NCBI GenBank assembly: GCA_963718605.1
Contig: OY970363.1
Location: forward strand, 3,011,239-3,075,238
Source of the DNA: an uncultured Actinomycetes bacterium
GTDB taxonomy: Bacteria; Actinomycetota; Acidimicrobiia; Acidimicrobiales; JACCXE01
Length of the DNA stretch: 64,000 nucleotides
Direction: 5' to 3'
A program made the position numbers and the translations under genes. This document shows positions 1-8,644 of this stretch, piece by piece. The notes beneath the pieces are model-generated. The model did no database searches. It was not told the DNA's origin and was given only the letters and a program-made list of their open reading frames with translations. Within the stretch, counting starts at the first letter, position 1, and each line of letters begins with the position of its first letter.

Positions 1-1
1 G

Positions 2-3000
2 GCGGACTATTACCTGGTCCGCTGGACGGGCTTCTTCACGGCGCCGACGGCGGGTACCTACAGCCTCGGCGCGGTGCATGACGACGGTGTGCGGCTCTAC
101 TGGGGCGACATCAGCTACCCGGCCTTGGACGAGTGGGGCACGGTGACGCCGACGAATGTGATTCATTGGGGCTCATCGATCACGTTGAACGCCGGCCAGA
201 CAGTCCCGATCAAGATCGATTACCAAGAAATCACAGGCAACTCGTATGTGGGCTTGTATTTGAGCGGGCCTGGTTACAGCTCGGCGTTGTTGCCGAGTTC
301 GTTGCTGTCGCCGAACCCGCAGTCGATGCCGACAGGTTGGAACTTCTCGACCGACCTCGACGGCGATCTCGCTTACACCGGGGCACGCGTGTCATCGAAC
401 TCGGTCGTTGTCTCCGCGCCGGACGGCTCAACCACGTCGTTCGCCGCGCAACCGGGCGGCGGCTGGATCGGCCCGGCCGACCAGGACGAAACGCTCACGC
501 AGGCATCAGATGGCACGCTCGACCTGTTCTCACAGGACGGCCGCCAATACCGGTTCAGCGCAGCCGGGAACCTCATCTCGGTGCAGTCCACGCTCGACAT
601 CCGTAACCCGGCCGCGCCCGTCTACACGTACGCGGCTGTGTACAACGCGGGCCAGAACCGGTTGGCCGAGGTGAAGGACCCAGTGTCGAACCGGATCATC
701 AGTCTCAATTACGGCAGCGGTTCCGACGGCGTCTGCGATGCCCGTACCGGCGCTCCCTCGGGCGCTGTCAATACTCCGCCCGTCGGAATGTTGTGCCGCA
801 TCAGCTATTGGGATGGCACCCGCACGGACTACTGGTACAACTCGAACGGCCAGCTCGCTCAGATCGATGATCCCGGGCTGTCAGGCGCGCCAGAAACCAC
901 CGGATTCGCGTACGACGCCAACGGCCGCATGATGGAGATTCGCGATCCGCGCGCCGTGGACTTTGTTCGCGCCGGCAAACGCGCCGACGACTCCAGCGTC
1001 CGCACGCGCATCGCGTATGACGGCAACGGCCGCGTCACGTCCGTCCGCCTGCCCGATCCGGAGACGGGCATGACTGGCACTCCGGTACGTCACGCCTACA
1101 CGTACCCGTCGGCGTCGCAGTCCACCGTCGACGTTGACGGCTTTTCGCCACCTTCAGGCCACGCCCGTGTTGTCACCTACGACGGCGGAGGACGCTCGCT
1201 CACCGACACCGACGCCACCGGGCTAACAACAACTAAGACATGGCGGTCGTCGCTGCAGGACCTACCAGTCACGGTGACGGGGCCCGAGGGCATGCGGACG
1301 TCGACGCTGTATGACCATGCCGAGCGACCGACCGACACGTGGGGTCCTGCGAACAGTGCGTGGTTCAACGCGGATGGCACGCCGCAGTCTGGTTACGCGT
1401 CGCAGATCCCACATGCGACCACCGCGTACGACGAGGGCATGCAGAGCTTGTCGGTGTCGTATTGGGACAACGCCAACCTCGCCGGAAACCCCAGGGCGAT
1501 CGAGCTTGGTGTCGGTCGTGCCGACGGGCAGGTCATTCGTGACTACGCGGCGAGCCCGCCTCCCAGTCCGGTCCCGGCCACGAATTTCTCGGTTCGATCA
1601 ACGGGCGAGATCCGTCTGCGTGAGTCAGGCATTTACACGTTCCGGTTGTACGTCGATGATGGCGTGCGCCTGTTCATCGACGACACGCTGGTGGTGAACC
1701 ATTGGGTCGCGAGTGCGCCGGCGTATCAGGTCGGCGACTTCGTCAACGCCGGTGACTCCTGGCACCGCATCCGCATGGAGTATTTCAACCTGACGGGTAG
1801 TGCGGTGATGCAGTTGGAGTACACGCCGCCGTCGGGCGCCAATCTTGTGGTGCCCGGCTACGACTTGGCGCCGCGTTACGGCTTGGCCACCTCGTCGATC
1901 GACGCTGACGGCAAGAAGACGGCTACCGAGTACGCGCAACCACAGTTCTCGCTCGCCAGCGCCACCTCGCAGGATCCCAACGGTCTGAACATTCGCAGCC
2001 AGACTTCGTATGAGCCGGTCGGCACGAACTACTTCCGCGTGATGAACACGACAATGCCCAAGGGCGGCGTCACGACCAACACGTACTACGGGAATACCAG
2101 CACGGCCGTTGACCCATGCGGCACGCTCGGCTCGATCAATCAGGGCGGAGCGCTGCGCTACAAGGAAGATCCCGATCCCGATGGCGCGGGCTCGCAGACC
2201 GCGATCAAGCGCGAGTACGTCTACGACGCCGCAGGCCGCGTGATCGCGTCCCGAGTTGTGGGCGACGCGAACTGGTCCTGCACGATCTACGACGGGCGGG
2301 GCCGCGCCACGAGTCAAACCGACTCGGCAGGCAAGACGTCCACGTTTGACTATTCGGACCCGACCAAGGTCGTCACCGCGTACAGCGACTGGGGCAACAC
2401 GGCCCGGTTCACAACCGCCGAGTCCAACCTGGCGGGCCAGGCGGTCAAGTACACCGACGAACACGGCACCGTCACGCGCACGACCTATGACCAGCTTGGC
2501 CGCCAGACGGCGACGTATCGGTCGTTATTCGGCGCCGCTGAGGCGCAGCTGACCTCAATGGCATATGCGACGAACGGCCGACTTCAGTCGTCGTCGGAGT
2601 ACGCCTCAGGTGGCGCGCGGACCACGAACTACTCCTACGACAGCGCCGGGCGCCCACAAACCACGACACTGCCCAACAACCTCACCACGACCACCGGCTA
2701 CGACGCGAATCTCGGCACTGTCACGTTGCTGAACCACGCGTCAGGGTCGACGGCGTTGTCGAACTGGTCCTACGCCCGCAGCCTTGCCGGCCGGATCACC
2801 TCCGAAACCGGCGCGGGCCGGGTCCGCGGCTTCACGTATGACAACGCGGGCCGTTTGACGCAGACAACCGAGGGCGCCTTCACGCGTCGCTACGCGTTCG
2901 ATGCGAACACGAACCGGTGCGCGAACGCGGCGAACTGTTCGAGCCCGACGTTCACCTACGACAACGCGGATCGCATCCTCACCAGTCCCTACGCGACGTC

Positions 3001-5608
3001 CTATTCGTATGACGCGCACGGCAACACGACTGCGGTGAACTACTCCGGGCCGCAGCCGTCCGGCGCGGTGAACGACACCGCCGGCTTCGACACGTCGACG
3101 ACATCGTCGCCGCGCACGGTTCCTCTGGTGGTGGGCCGCTCCGGGGCGATCAACGCAGCGTTGGACTGGAACCCGACCCAACCGGCGAACCGCACTGGCA
3201 CCGCCAGCCCGTCGATTGTCGGTGGCAACAACACCTCTGCGGCGATGACCGTGCAAGGTATGAGCGAGTTGGGCGCGACGGTCACGTGGCCGCAGGCTCT
3301 CGGTTACGAGCCGTGGTCGGCGAACCCGACCGTCACCGCCGCGTCCGGTTATAACGGTCCGGCCTTTACGCCCAATACGAACGGCACGTTGACCGCCTCG
3401 GCGTCGTGGGGCCAGGTCGACCGGCTCTACACCGTCGCCGGGCCGACGATTACCCAGAACAATGTGCCGTGGACCCAGAACGTCACGGTGTCAGCGAACG
3501 GGACCTTCGACATCAAATTGTCGTGGCCGTTCAAGACGCTCAACAACCCGAACCTGGATTTGGAGTTGTGGGACGGTGCGACGCGGGTCGCGAACTCGGC
3601 GACGTCGTTCTACGGCTACAACTGGGAGGACATTGGCTACAACGTCACAGGCTTGGCGGTGGGCCAGTCGCGCGTGTACACGGTCAAGGTGATCAAGGTC
3701 GGCGGCCAGTCGACGGCGTTCACGATCGCTAATGGCGCGCTCGGGAACCCATCGAAGTATCCGGTGACACCTACGGTCGGCTTCGAGTTGCGCAACAACG
3801 CCACGAACACGTTGGTGGCGGGTTCGACACCGGTGGCGGGTCAGAACGCCCGGACGATATCGGCGACGGTGACGGGTGGGGTGGCCTACAAGTTGGTGGC
3901 CACGACCACTGATGATGTGGCGGTGGCGATGTCGCAGTCGACGCCCAACGCCAAGTTCCCGACACTCCTGGTCGAGTTGAAAGACCCGTCAAACGCGACT
4001 GTTGGCAGCGGCGTGACGTCGTCGACGGGGTCGCTCACAATGCCGGCGCAACTCGTCACCAACGGCGGCAACTACAGCTGGAAGATCACTAACCAGTCCG
4101 GCTCGTCGTACACGGCGACGCCGACGCTGAACTGGTCGGCCACGACGCGTGGCACCGACACCTTCGTCGGGCCACTGGCGACGTTGGCGTCGTCGGAGCA
4201 GTCGGTGGTGCCCGACGCGAACGGCACGTTGTCCGAAGCGGTGTCATGGTCAACGGATCCCGGTGGTACAACACCGAACGTGACGTTGGCATTGAAAGAC
4301 GCGGCCGGCACCGTGTTGACGTCGACGTCGAACGCGACTGGTAGCGCGTCGCTGGCGTGGCCGGTGGTGGGCGGCACGACCTACAAGGTCGCGGTGACGA
4401 ACAACTCGTCGACGGTCGCCATACGGAAGTTCACGCGGACCGCGACGATGCCGTCACAAGGCTACGAACGTCTCGAGCTGCTCGACGCCGACGGTGTGGT
4501 CAAGCATGTCGGCACGGGCCGCAAACCCCAGGCCATCGCGCAGAACGTGGCGCCGGGTTCCTACACGCTGCGGATCACACCTGTTTCCGGTGTGGGTTCG
4601 GGCACGGGCACGGCGACGTTCCCGGGCCGTGTGCCGGGCGAGACCACCACCTTCGATGGTCGTGACCATGCGATCACGATTGACGACGGCACCACCAAAG
4701 TCCAGGAATACCTGTCGCCGACAGGCCGCGTCATCCGACGCGTCGTCGGCCCATCCGCGGGCGGACCGGCAACGGAGGACACGCTGATCGGTTACGACGA
4801 CGACGGCGACTCACCCGCCTACTCCCGTGCCACTACGGGTGGTCCGGTGACGACGTATTTGGATGGCGCGATCGATGTGGGTGGCACGGTCACGTTCCAA
4901 CACGCCAACCTGCATGGCGACATCATCGGCACCTCCACCAGCAGCGGCGTGTTCACACCGATCACACCCGCCGACGAATACGGACTCCAAGACGCCGCGT
5001 CCACGTCAAGGCTCGGCTGGTTGGGCAAACAGTTGCGGTTCGAGGTCGGCGTCAACAACCTCACACGTATGGGGGTCCGCCTCTATGACCCACGCACCGG
5101 GCGCTTCACCAGCGTCGACCCAATAGAAGGCGGCTCCGCCAACGACTACGACTACGTCAACGCGGACCCGGTCAACGACTTTGATCTGGCCGGCACATGG
5201 GGTTGGAGCAATATCAAGAAATGGAAAAAGAAGCACGTAACACTCTCGAACTTTGGAACGGTCATGTCGGTCGCGTCCGTATTTGGCTGCGTGACCTGTG
5301 GGGCGATAGCGACAGGCATCTCGATTTATCAGACCAGCAGAGCATGCAAAGCCGGACAGGCGGTTAGCTGTGGTATCGGCTATGCGTCGGCAATTCTTGG
5401 GGGTACATCCACGTTCCTCGGTGCGGGTGGAAAGTTTGCAAAGTTCGGAGGTGGACGTCTCGCCGGGGGCGGGAAGTTCGCACGGCTCATGGGCCGCGGC
5501 CTGAGCGCCGCAGGTCGCAGTCTCGGCAACGGGTCGGTCCGAGTCGGCGCAGCGGGACTCGGCCTCGACGGTACGCGCAGGCTGTATCACCACGTGACTG
5601 GCGCGTAG
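2..5608 (+). CDS. RHS/YD-repeat polymorphic toxin, N-terminus outside window (PA14 x2, YD repeats, PPC-like module array, RHS core, variable C-terminal toxin)
   Basis: The frame is open from nt 2 (ADYYLVRWTGFFTAPTAGTYSLGAVHDDGVRLYWGD, PA14-type). A second PA14-like segment is GEIRLRESGIYTFRLYVDDGVRLFIDDTLVVNHW (about nt 1440-1840). There are many YD repeats (YDANGRMMEIRDP, YDGNGRVTSV, YDQLGRQTAT, YDSAGRPQTT, YDNAGRLTQT). The RHS core is GVRLYDPRTGRFTSVDPIEGGSANDYDYVNADPVNDFDLAG, ending at nt 5194. Confidence 0.9.
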   Translation, partial: ADYYLVRWTGFFTAPTAGTYSLGAVHDDGVRLYWGDISYPALDEWGTVTPTNVIHWGSSITLNAGQTVPIKIDYQEITGNSYVGLYLSGPGYSSALLPSSLLSPNPQSMPTGWNFSTDLDGDLAYTGARVSSNSVVVSAPDGSTTSFAAQPGGGWIGPADQDETLTQASDGTLDLFSQDGRQYRFSAAGNLISVQSTLDIRNPAAPVYTYAAVYNAGQNRLAEVKDPVSNRIISLNYGSGSDGVCDARTGAPSGAVNTPPVGMLCRISYWDGTRTDYWYNSNGQLAQIDDPGLSGAPETTGFAYDANGRMMEIRDPRAVDFVRAGKRADDSSVRTRIAYDGNGRVTSVRLPDPETGMTGTPVRHAYTYPSASQSTVDVDGFSPPSGHARVVTYDGGGRSLTDTDATGLTTTKTWRSSLQDLPVTVTGPEGMRTSTLYDHAERPTDTWGPANSAWFNADGTPQSGYASQIPHATTAYDEGMQSLSVSYWDNANLAGNPRAIELGVGRADGQVIRDYAASPPPSPVPATNFSVRSTGEIRLRESGIYTFRLYVDDGVRLFIDDTLVVNHWVASAPAYQVGDFVNAGDSWHRIRMEYFNLTGSAVMQLEYTPPSGANLVVPGYDLAPRYGLATSSIDADGKKTATEYAQPQFSLASATSQDPNGLNIRSQTSYEPVGTNYFRVMNTTMPKGGVTTNTYYGNTSTAVDPCGTLGSINQGGALRYKEDPDPDGAGSQTAIKREYVYDAAGRVIASRVVGDANWSCTIYDGRGRATSQTDSAGKTSTFDYSDPTKVVTAYSDWGNTARFTTAESNLAGQAVKYTDEHGTVTRTTYDQLGRQTATYRSLFGAAEAQLTSMAYATNGRLQSSSEYASGGARTTNYSYDSAGRPQTTTLPNNLTTTTGYDANLGTVTLLNHASGSTALSNWSYARSLAGRITSETGAGRVRGFTYDNAGRLTQTTEGAFTRRYAFDANTNRCANAANCSSPTFTYDNADRILTSPYATSYSYDAHGNTTAVNYSGPQPSGAVNDTAGFDTSTTSSPRTVPLVVGRSGAINAALDWNPTQPANRTGTASPSIVGGNNTSAAMTVQGMSELGATVTWPQALGYEPWSANPTVTAASGYNGPAFTPNTNGTLTASASWGQVDRLYTVAGPTITQNNVPWTQNVTVSANGTFDIKLSWPFKTLNNPNLDLELWDGATRVANSATSFYGYNWEDIGYNVTGLAVGQSRVYTVKVIKVGGQSTAFTIANGALGNPSKYPVTPTVGFELRNNATNTLVAGSTPVAGQNARTISATVTGGVAYKLVATTTDDVAVAMSQSTPNAKFPTLLVELKDPSNATVGSGVTSSTGSLTMPAQLVTNGGNYSWKITNQSGSSYTATPTLNWSATTRGTDTFVGPLATLASSEQSVVPDANGTLSEAVSWSTDPGGTTPNVTLALKDAAGTVLTSTSNATGSASLAWPVVGGTTYKVAVTNNSSTVAIRKFTRTATMPSQGYERLELLDADGVVKHVGTGRKPQAIAQNVAPGSYTLRITPVSGVGSGTGTATFPGRVPGETTTFDGRDHAITIDDGTTKVQEYLSPTGRVIRRVVGPSAGGPATEDTLIGYDDDGDSPAYSRATTGGPVTTYLDGAIDVGGTVTFQHANLHGDIIGTSTSSGVFTPITPADEYGLQDAASTSRLGWLGKQLRFEVGVNNLTRMGVRLYDPRTGRFTSVDPIEGGSANDYDYVNADPVNDFDLAGTWGWSNIKKWKKKHVTLSNFGTVMSVASVFGCVTCGAIATGISIYQTSRACKAGQAVSCGIGYASAILGGTSTFLGAGGKFAKFGGGRLAGGGKFARLMGRGLSAAGRSLGNGSVRVGAAGLGLDGTRRLYHHVTGA
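5195..5605 (+). other. C-terminal variable toxin domain of the RHS protein (137 aa; two Gly/Ala/Cys-rich hydrophobic segments plus a basic Gly-rich tail)
   Basis: It begins right after the core motif DPVNDFDLAG. The sequence is TWGWSNIKKWKKKHV...FGTVMSVASVFGCVTCGAIATGISIY...AVSCGIGYASAILGGTSTFLGAGGKFAKFGGGRLAGGGKFARLMGRG. The DNA is visibly AT-richer than the rest of the gene. Confidence 0.6.
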
Positions 5609-5610
5609 AC

Positions 5611-6087
5611 GTGGCTCGGACAATCCGGCGCTGGTCGACGGTTCGTAGCTTCATAACCTCAGTGCTGGTGCCCGGTTTTCCCCGATGGCGCGGCGCGACT
5701 CTCGTGGAGTCCCTTGTCCGAGAGAAGGGAAAGAAGGGGGTGCACGTTGTGCTTCGATATCAACCCGATTACCTAAATTTTGTCGAGGTCGACCGCGCTT
5801 TCGAGATAGTGGAAATCCATGTCGGTCGCCGCGTGCAAACGTGCGGAAGGGTCGACAAATCAGGCGTCCGGTTCTTTCCGGCGGACGCGGTTTCTGCCCG
5901 TATCCAGATCGCATCTGTTCTTCCACACCTACGCGAAACGCTTGTCGAATGCGTGATCGATCTTGGAGAGAACGGCGCTGTTCTTGAGGTTCGCCCAGCG
6001 ACCTCGAACCGTCCCGCCCGCTTCCGATGTTGGCAGGTCGACGAGGTCTCGAACAGAGGCGCGAAGCTTTCCGAGGTTCATTGTTGA
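5611..6087 (+). CDS. hypothetical protein, candidate cognate immunity protein of the RHS toxin
   Basis: It is the first ORF after the toxin stop (2-nt gap) on the same strand, and is AT-richer like the toxin tip. The composition is protein-like (VVLRYQPDYLNFVEVDRAFEIVEIHVGRR...) with no family I recognise. The start is uncertain: GTG 5611, or GTG 5740/5749 behind GAAAGAAGGGG. Confidence 0.4.
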   Translation: MARTIRRWSTVRSFITSVLVPGFPRWRGATLVESLVREKGKKGVHVVLRYQPDYLNFVEVDRAFEIVEIHVGRRVQTCGRVDKSGVRFFPADAVSARIQIASVLPHLRETLVECVIDLGENGAVLEVRPATSNRPARFRCWQVDEVSNRGAKLSEVHC

Positions 6088-6115
6088 CCCGATGCCGCGA
6101 TGCCGCCTGAGCCAG

Positions 6116-6664
6116 AAGTATCCGACGTTGCAGGCCGAGTTGAAGGACCCGTCCAACGCCACCATCGGTTCCCCGGTGACGAGTGCGACGGGGTCGCTGA
6201 CGGTTCCGGCACAGCTCGTGACCAACGGCGGGAATTACAGCTGGAAGCTGACGAACCAGTCGGCGTCGACCTACACGGCGACTCCGACGTTGAATTGGTC
6301 GGCGACGACGCGTGGCACCGACACCTACGTTGGTGGCTTGGCGATTTCGGCGACGTCGGAGCAGTCGGTGGTGCCTGATGCGTCGGGCACGTTGTCGGAA
6401 GCAGTGTCATGGTCGACCGATCCCGGTGGTTCGACGCCGAATGTGACGTTGGCGTTGAAGGACGCGGCGGGCACGGTGTTGGCGTCGACGTCGAACGCGA
6501 CTGGCACTGCGTCACTCGCGTGGCCGGTGACGGGTGCCACGACGTACAAGGTGGCGGTGACGAACAACTCGTCGACGGTCGCGGTCCGGAAGTTCACGCG
6601 CACCGCCACGATGCCGTCGCAGGGTTACGAAAAGCTTGAACTGCTGGACGCCGACGGTGTCGTC
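6116..6664 (+). pseudogene. relic/orphan fragment paralogous to nt 3953-4501 of the RHS gene (two PPC-like modules, no start, no YD core, no toxin)
   Basis: Colinear with a constant offset of 2163 nt and no indels. About 160 of 183 encoded residues are identical by hand alignment (KYPTLQAELKDPSNATIGSPVTSATGSLTVPAQLVTNGGNYSWKLTNQ... versus KFPTLLVELKDPSNATVGSGVTSSTGSLTMPAQLVTNGGNYSWKITNQ...). Homology stops abruptly after DADGVV. Confidence 0.8.
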
Positions 6665-6843
6665 AATTGCTCGGGTGTTAGTTGGTCCGGTTGCCAGTCT
6701 CTTCCGGTGTCACGGTTGAAGCCCGCCACCAAACTCCGGCGGCAGTCATCACCGTTCGATTCCTCGAGAGCGAGCGTTTCCTGTCGAAGCACGTTGACAT
6801 CTTCGCCGCCGATTGCCAGGTCCCGCGGCGGTCGTTCCTGACG

Positions 6844-7005
6844 CCAACCCCACTCCAGCCCCACGCGCGCTGCGATTCGCCCTCGTTCGCCATGGTCCGC
6901 GCAGCGCTCTGACCAGCACTTTTGAACCATGGCGGACGTCTACAGATCGAACAGGTGTTGCTGCAAAGCCCCGTACACCGGTTCGATTCCGGTCGCCGCC
7001 TCCAA
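6844..7005 (+). repeat. att-like direct repeat copy A; its last 44 nt (6961-7004) are a displaced 3' half of tRNA-Cys(GCA)
   Basis: The 3' half reads CTGCAAA (anticodon loop) GCCCC GTAC ACCGG-TTCGATT-CCGGT CGCCGCC T CCA, with exact tRNA spacing. No complementary 5' half lies upstream. It matches 26396-26557. Confidence 0.7.
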
Positions 7006-7061
7006 TAGAAGTCCTGGTCAGCGCGCCGCGAGCGACCTCGGTCGCCGCGAGGTTTTCGCGC

Positions 7062-7103
7062 AACCCCACACCAACCCCACACTCCGCGATCGCTGCGTGG
7101 GGT
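7062..7103 (+). repeat. partial third copy of the 5' end of the att-like unit (CAACCCCAC-N-CCAACCCCAC...)
   Basis: GCAACCCCACACCAACCCCACACTCCGCGATCGCTGCGTGGGG resembles the first ~40 nt of the units at 6844 and 26396. Confidence 0.35.
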
Positions 7104-7246
7104 TCTATGCCAAAGCGCACGCGTAGACCCGCACAAACTTGCTGGTGAGAGCATCAATCGAGGATGCGTGCGGAGCGATGTACGGGGCTTTTCGCGTCTC
7201 CCTCATTTCCCCCGGAAACGTTACCGCTCGTGGTAACATCTTGCGC

Positions 7247-7441
7247 GTGTCGAAACAGCGACGCGGCGGCTTCATTTTTCTCTCATGGATCGGCGACCAC
7301 AGTCCACAGCACGTCCACGTCTACCGGGACGGCAAGCTGATCGTGAAATGGGACTTGGAGAATTGGGGGCCAATGCAGGGTGAGGCGTCCGCGCGAATCG
7401 AGCGTCTGATTCGAGAACTTGTTGAGGAGGGACGACTATGA
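7247..7441 (+). CDS. DUF4160-like small protein
   Basis: FIFLSWIGDHSPQHVHVYRDGKLIVKWDLE (the DHxPxHVHV motif typical of DUF4160). Likely start is GTG 7247 or TTG 7241 inside ORF 7139-7441. Its stop overlaps the next start (ATGA at 7438-7441). Confidence 0.6.
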   Translation: MSKQRRGGFIFLSWIGDHSPQHVHVYRDGKLIVKWDLENWGPMQGEASARIERLIRELVEEGRL

Positions 7442-7950
7442 AAATTCAAACTGTCGCGGCGGACAATCGTCGGCACCGGTTCGAGATTCAGACGCGAGGT
7501 CGCGCCTTTAGCTTCCCGTTTGCGAAGAGTGTTCCTTCACCTTCGAGCGGTGATCCGATCGTTGAGTTGTTCGTGGATCCCGAACTCGGGCGCGAGGGGT
7601 TCACTTACCGGCTGGAGTCGGGATCGGAGGGAAGTGTGCATATCGATGCCGTGCTTGAGTACAACGAGGACCCCTCGTACCTGGCCGACCTCACGCTGTA
7701 TCGGCTGAGCCAAGAAGCCAAAGAACGATTCGAGGCATCGGCTCTCTCCGCGCGCGAGGTCGCCGGAGTGATGCGCACATCACCCGCGCAGCTGTACCGC
7801 CTGCTCGACCCGACGAACTACACAAAGTCCGTACGACAACTCATGACCTTGCTCTACGTGCTCGGATATGAAGTCGACGTCGACGTGAGGCATCGCCAAA
7901 CGACTCCTCCGCGACCGGCGAAGAAACGGACAAAGCCCGCCATCGCGTGA
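7438..7950 (+). CDS. hypothetical protein with C-terminal XRE/HigA-like HTH segment (antitoxin-like partner)
   Basis: LSAREVAGVMRTSPAQLYRLLDPTNYTKSVRQLMTLLYVLGYEVDVDV resembles the HTH plus tail of XRE-type antitoxins. It is translationally coupled to the DUF4160 gene. Confidence 0.5.
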   Translation: MKIQTVAADNRRHRFEIQTRGRAFSFPFAKSVPSPSSGDPIVELFVDPELGREGFTYRLESGSEGSVHIDAVLEYNEDPSYLADLTLYRLSQEAKERFEASALSAREVAGVMRTSPAQLYRLLDPTNYTKSVRQLMTLLYVLGYEVDVDVRHRQTTPPRPAKKRTKPAIA

Positions 7951-8024
7951 GTGACTCGTTCGCCCCGAACGTCTCCGAACCGGCGATATGGGGCAGGCGG
8001 CGGTGCCGCCCCTACAGTCGACGT

Positions 8025-8603
8025 GTGGGTGCGAAGAGAGAACTCCGGATTGTCGATCCTGACCCTGCGTGGGCCCAGCGGTTCGTAGAGCTCGGAGAGG
8101 ACCTCCGCTGCCGTCTCGGTCCGGATGCTGTCCGGATCGACCACATCGGCTCGACGTCAGTCGCCGGGCTTGCAGCGAAGGACGTCGTGGACGTCCAGAT
8201 CACAGTCGCTGCTCTGGCTGTGGCCGATGGTTGGCCGGACGAGCTTCTGCCGGGCCTACAACGGATGCCGCAGATCACGCGTGACCATGTCCCGCCCGGC
8301 GGCTCCGAGGAAGATGCCGATTGGACGAAACGCATGTGGTCGCGAGCCGGCGATATTCACCTGCACGTTCGGGAGGAGGGACGGCCTAATCAGCGATATG
8401 CGCTGCTCTTCCGCGACTTCTTGCGAACGGACGCCCATGTCGCCGCCGCATACGAGGCGGTCAAGCGTGAGCTGGCCAATCGCCTCCCAGACGACTGGGA
8501 CGCCTACTACGCCATAAAGGATCCAGCGTGTGATCTCGTGTGGGCCGCTGCCAACCAGTGGGCTCACCGTGTTCGTTGGGAGCCGGATCCGAGCGACGCG
8601 TAG
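8025..8603 (+). CDS. GrpB family protein
   Basis: RIVDPDPAWAQRF...IDHIGSTSVAGLAAKDVVDVQITV...HLHVREEGRPNQRYALLFRDFLR. The start is probably GTG 8025 within ORF 7947-8603. Confidence 0.75.
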   Translation: MGAKRELRIVDPDPAWAQRFVELGEDLRCRLGPDAVRIDHIGSTSVAGLAAKDVVDVQITVAALAVADGWPDELLPGLQRMPQITRDHVPPGGSEEDADWTKRMWSRAGDIHLHVREEGRPNQRYALLFRDFLRTDAHVAAAYEAVKRELANRLPDDWDAYYAIKDPACDLVWAAANQWAHRVRWEPDPSDA

Positions 8604-8644
8604 CCAGCGTAGAGGACGCTAAATCTTACCTTTAGGCTCGCTCG

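Noticed and set aside
3953-6664. Diversity-generating retroelement (template/variable repeat pair)
   Set aside because: There is no reverse transcriptase in the window. The repeat is 549 nt, far longer than typical TR/VR pairs. Mismatches involve all bases rather than being adenine-specific.
5963-6841. 292-aa ORF as a genuine protein-coding gene
   Set aside because: Its first ~50 codons are an out-of-frame read across the 3' end of the 5611-6087 ORF, and its last ~60 codons are Ser/Arg/Pro-rich. Only 6116-6664 is meaningful, as the RHS paralogue relic.
6931-7004. A complete 74-nt tRNA ending in the CCA at 7004
   Set aside because: Only 5 of 7 acceptor pairs form with GGCGGAC. No D-arm can be drawn. 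The sequence 5' of the anticodon loop (TGTTG) cannot pair with GCCCC. Only the 3' half is tRNA-like, and the same holds for the copy at 26483-26556.
6844-7005. The 3' domain of a tmRNA (ssrA), suggested by CATGGCGGAC...AAAGCCCC...GGTTCGATTCC resembling mycobacterial ssrA ends
   Set aside because: With canonical T-arm/acceptor spacing the acceptor strand is CGCCGCC with discriminator U. This gives no G3:U70/A73 alanine identity. There is no GGGG...TTCGAC 5' partner and no convincing tag reading frame upstream of either copy. The CTGCAAA loop with U73 fits tRNA-Cys better.
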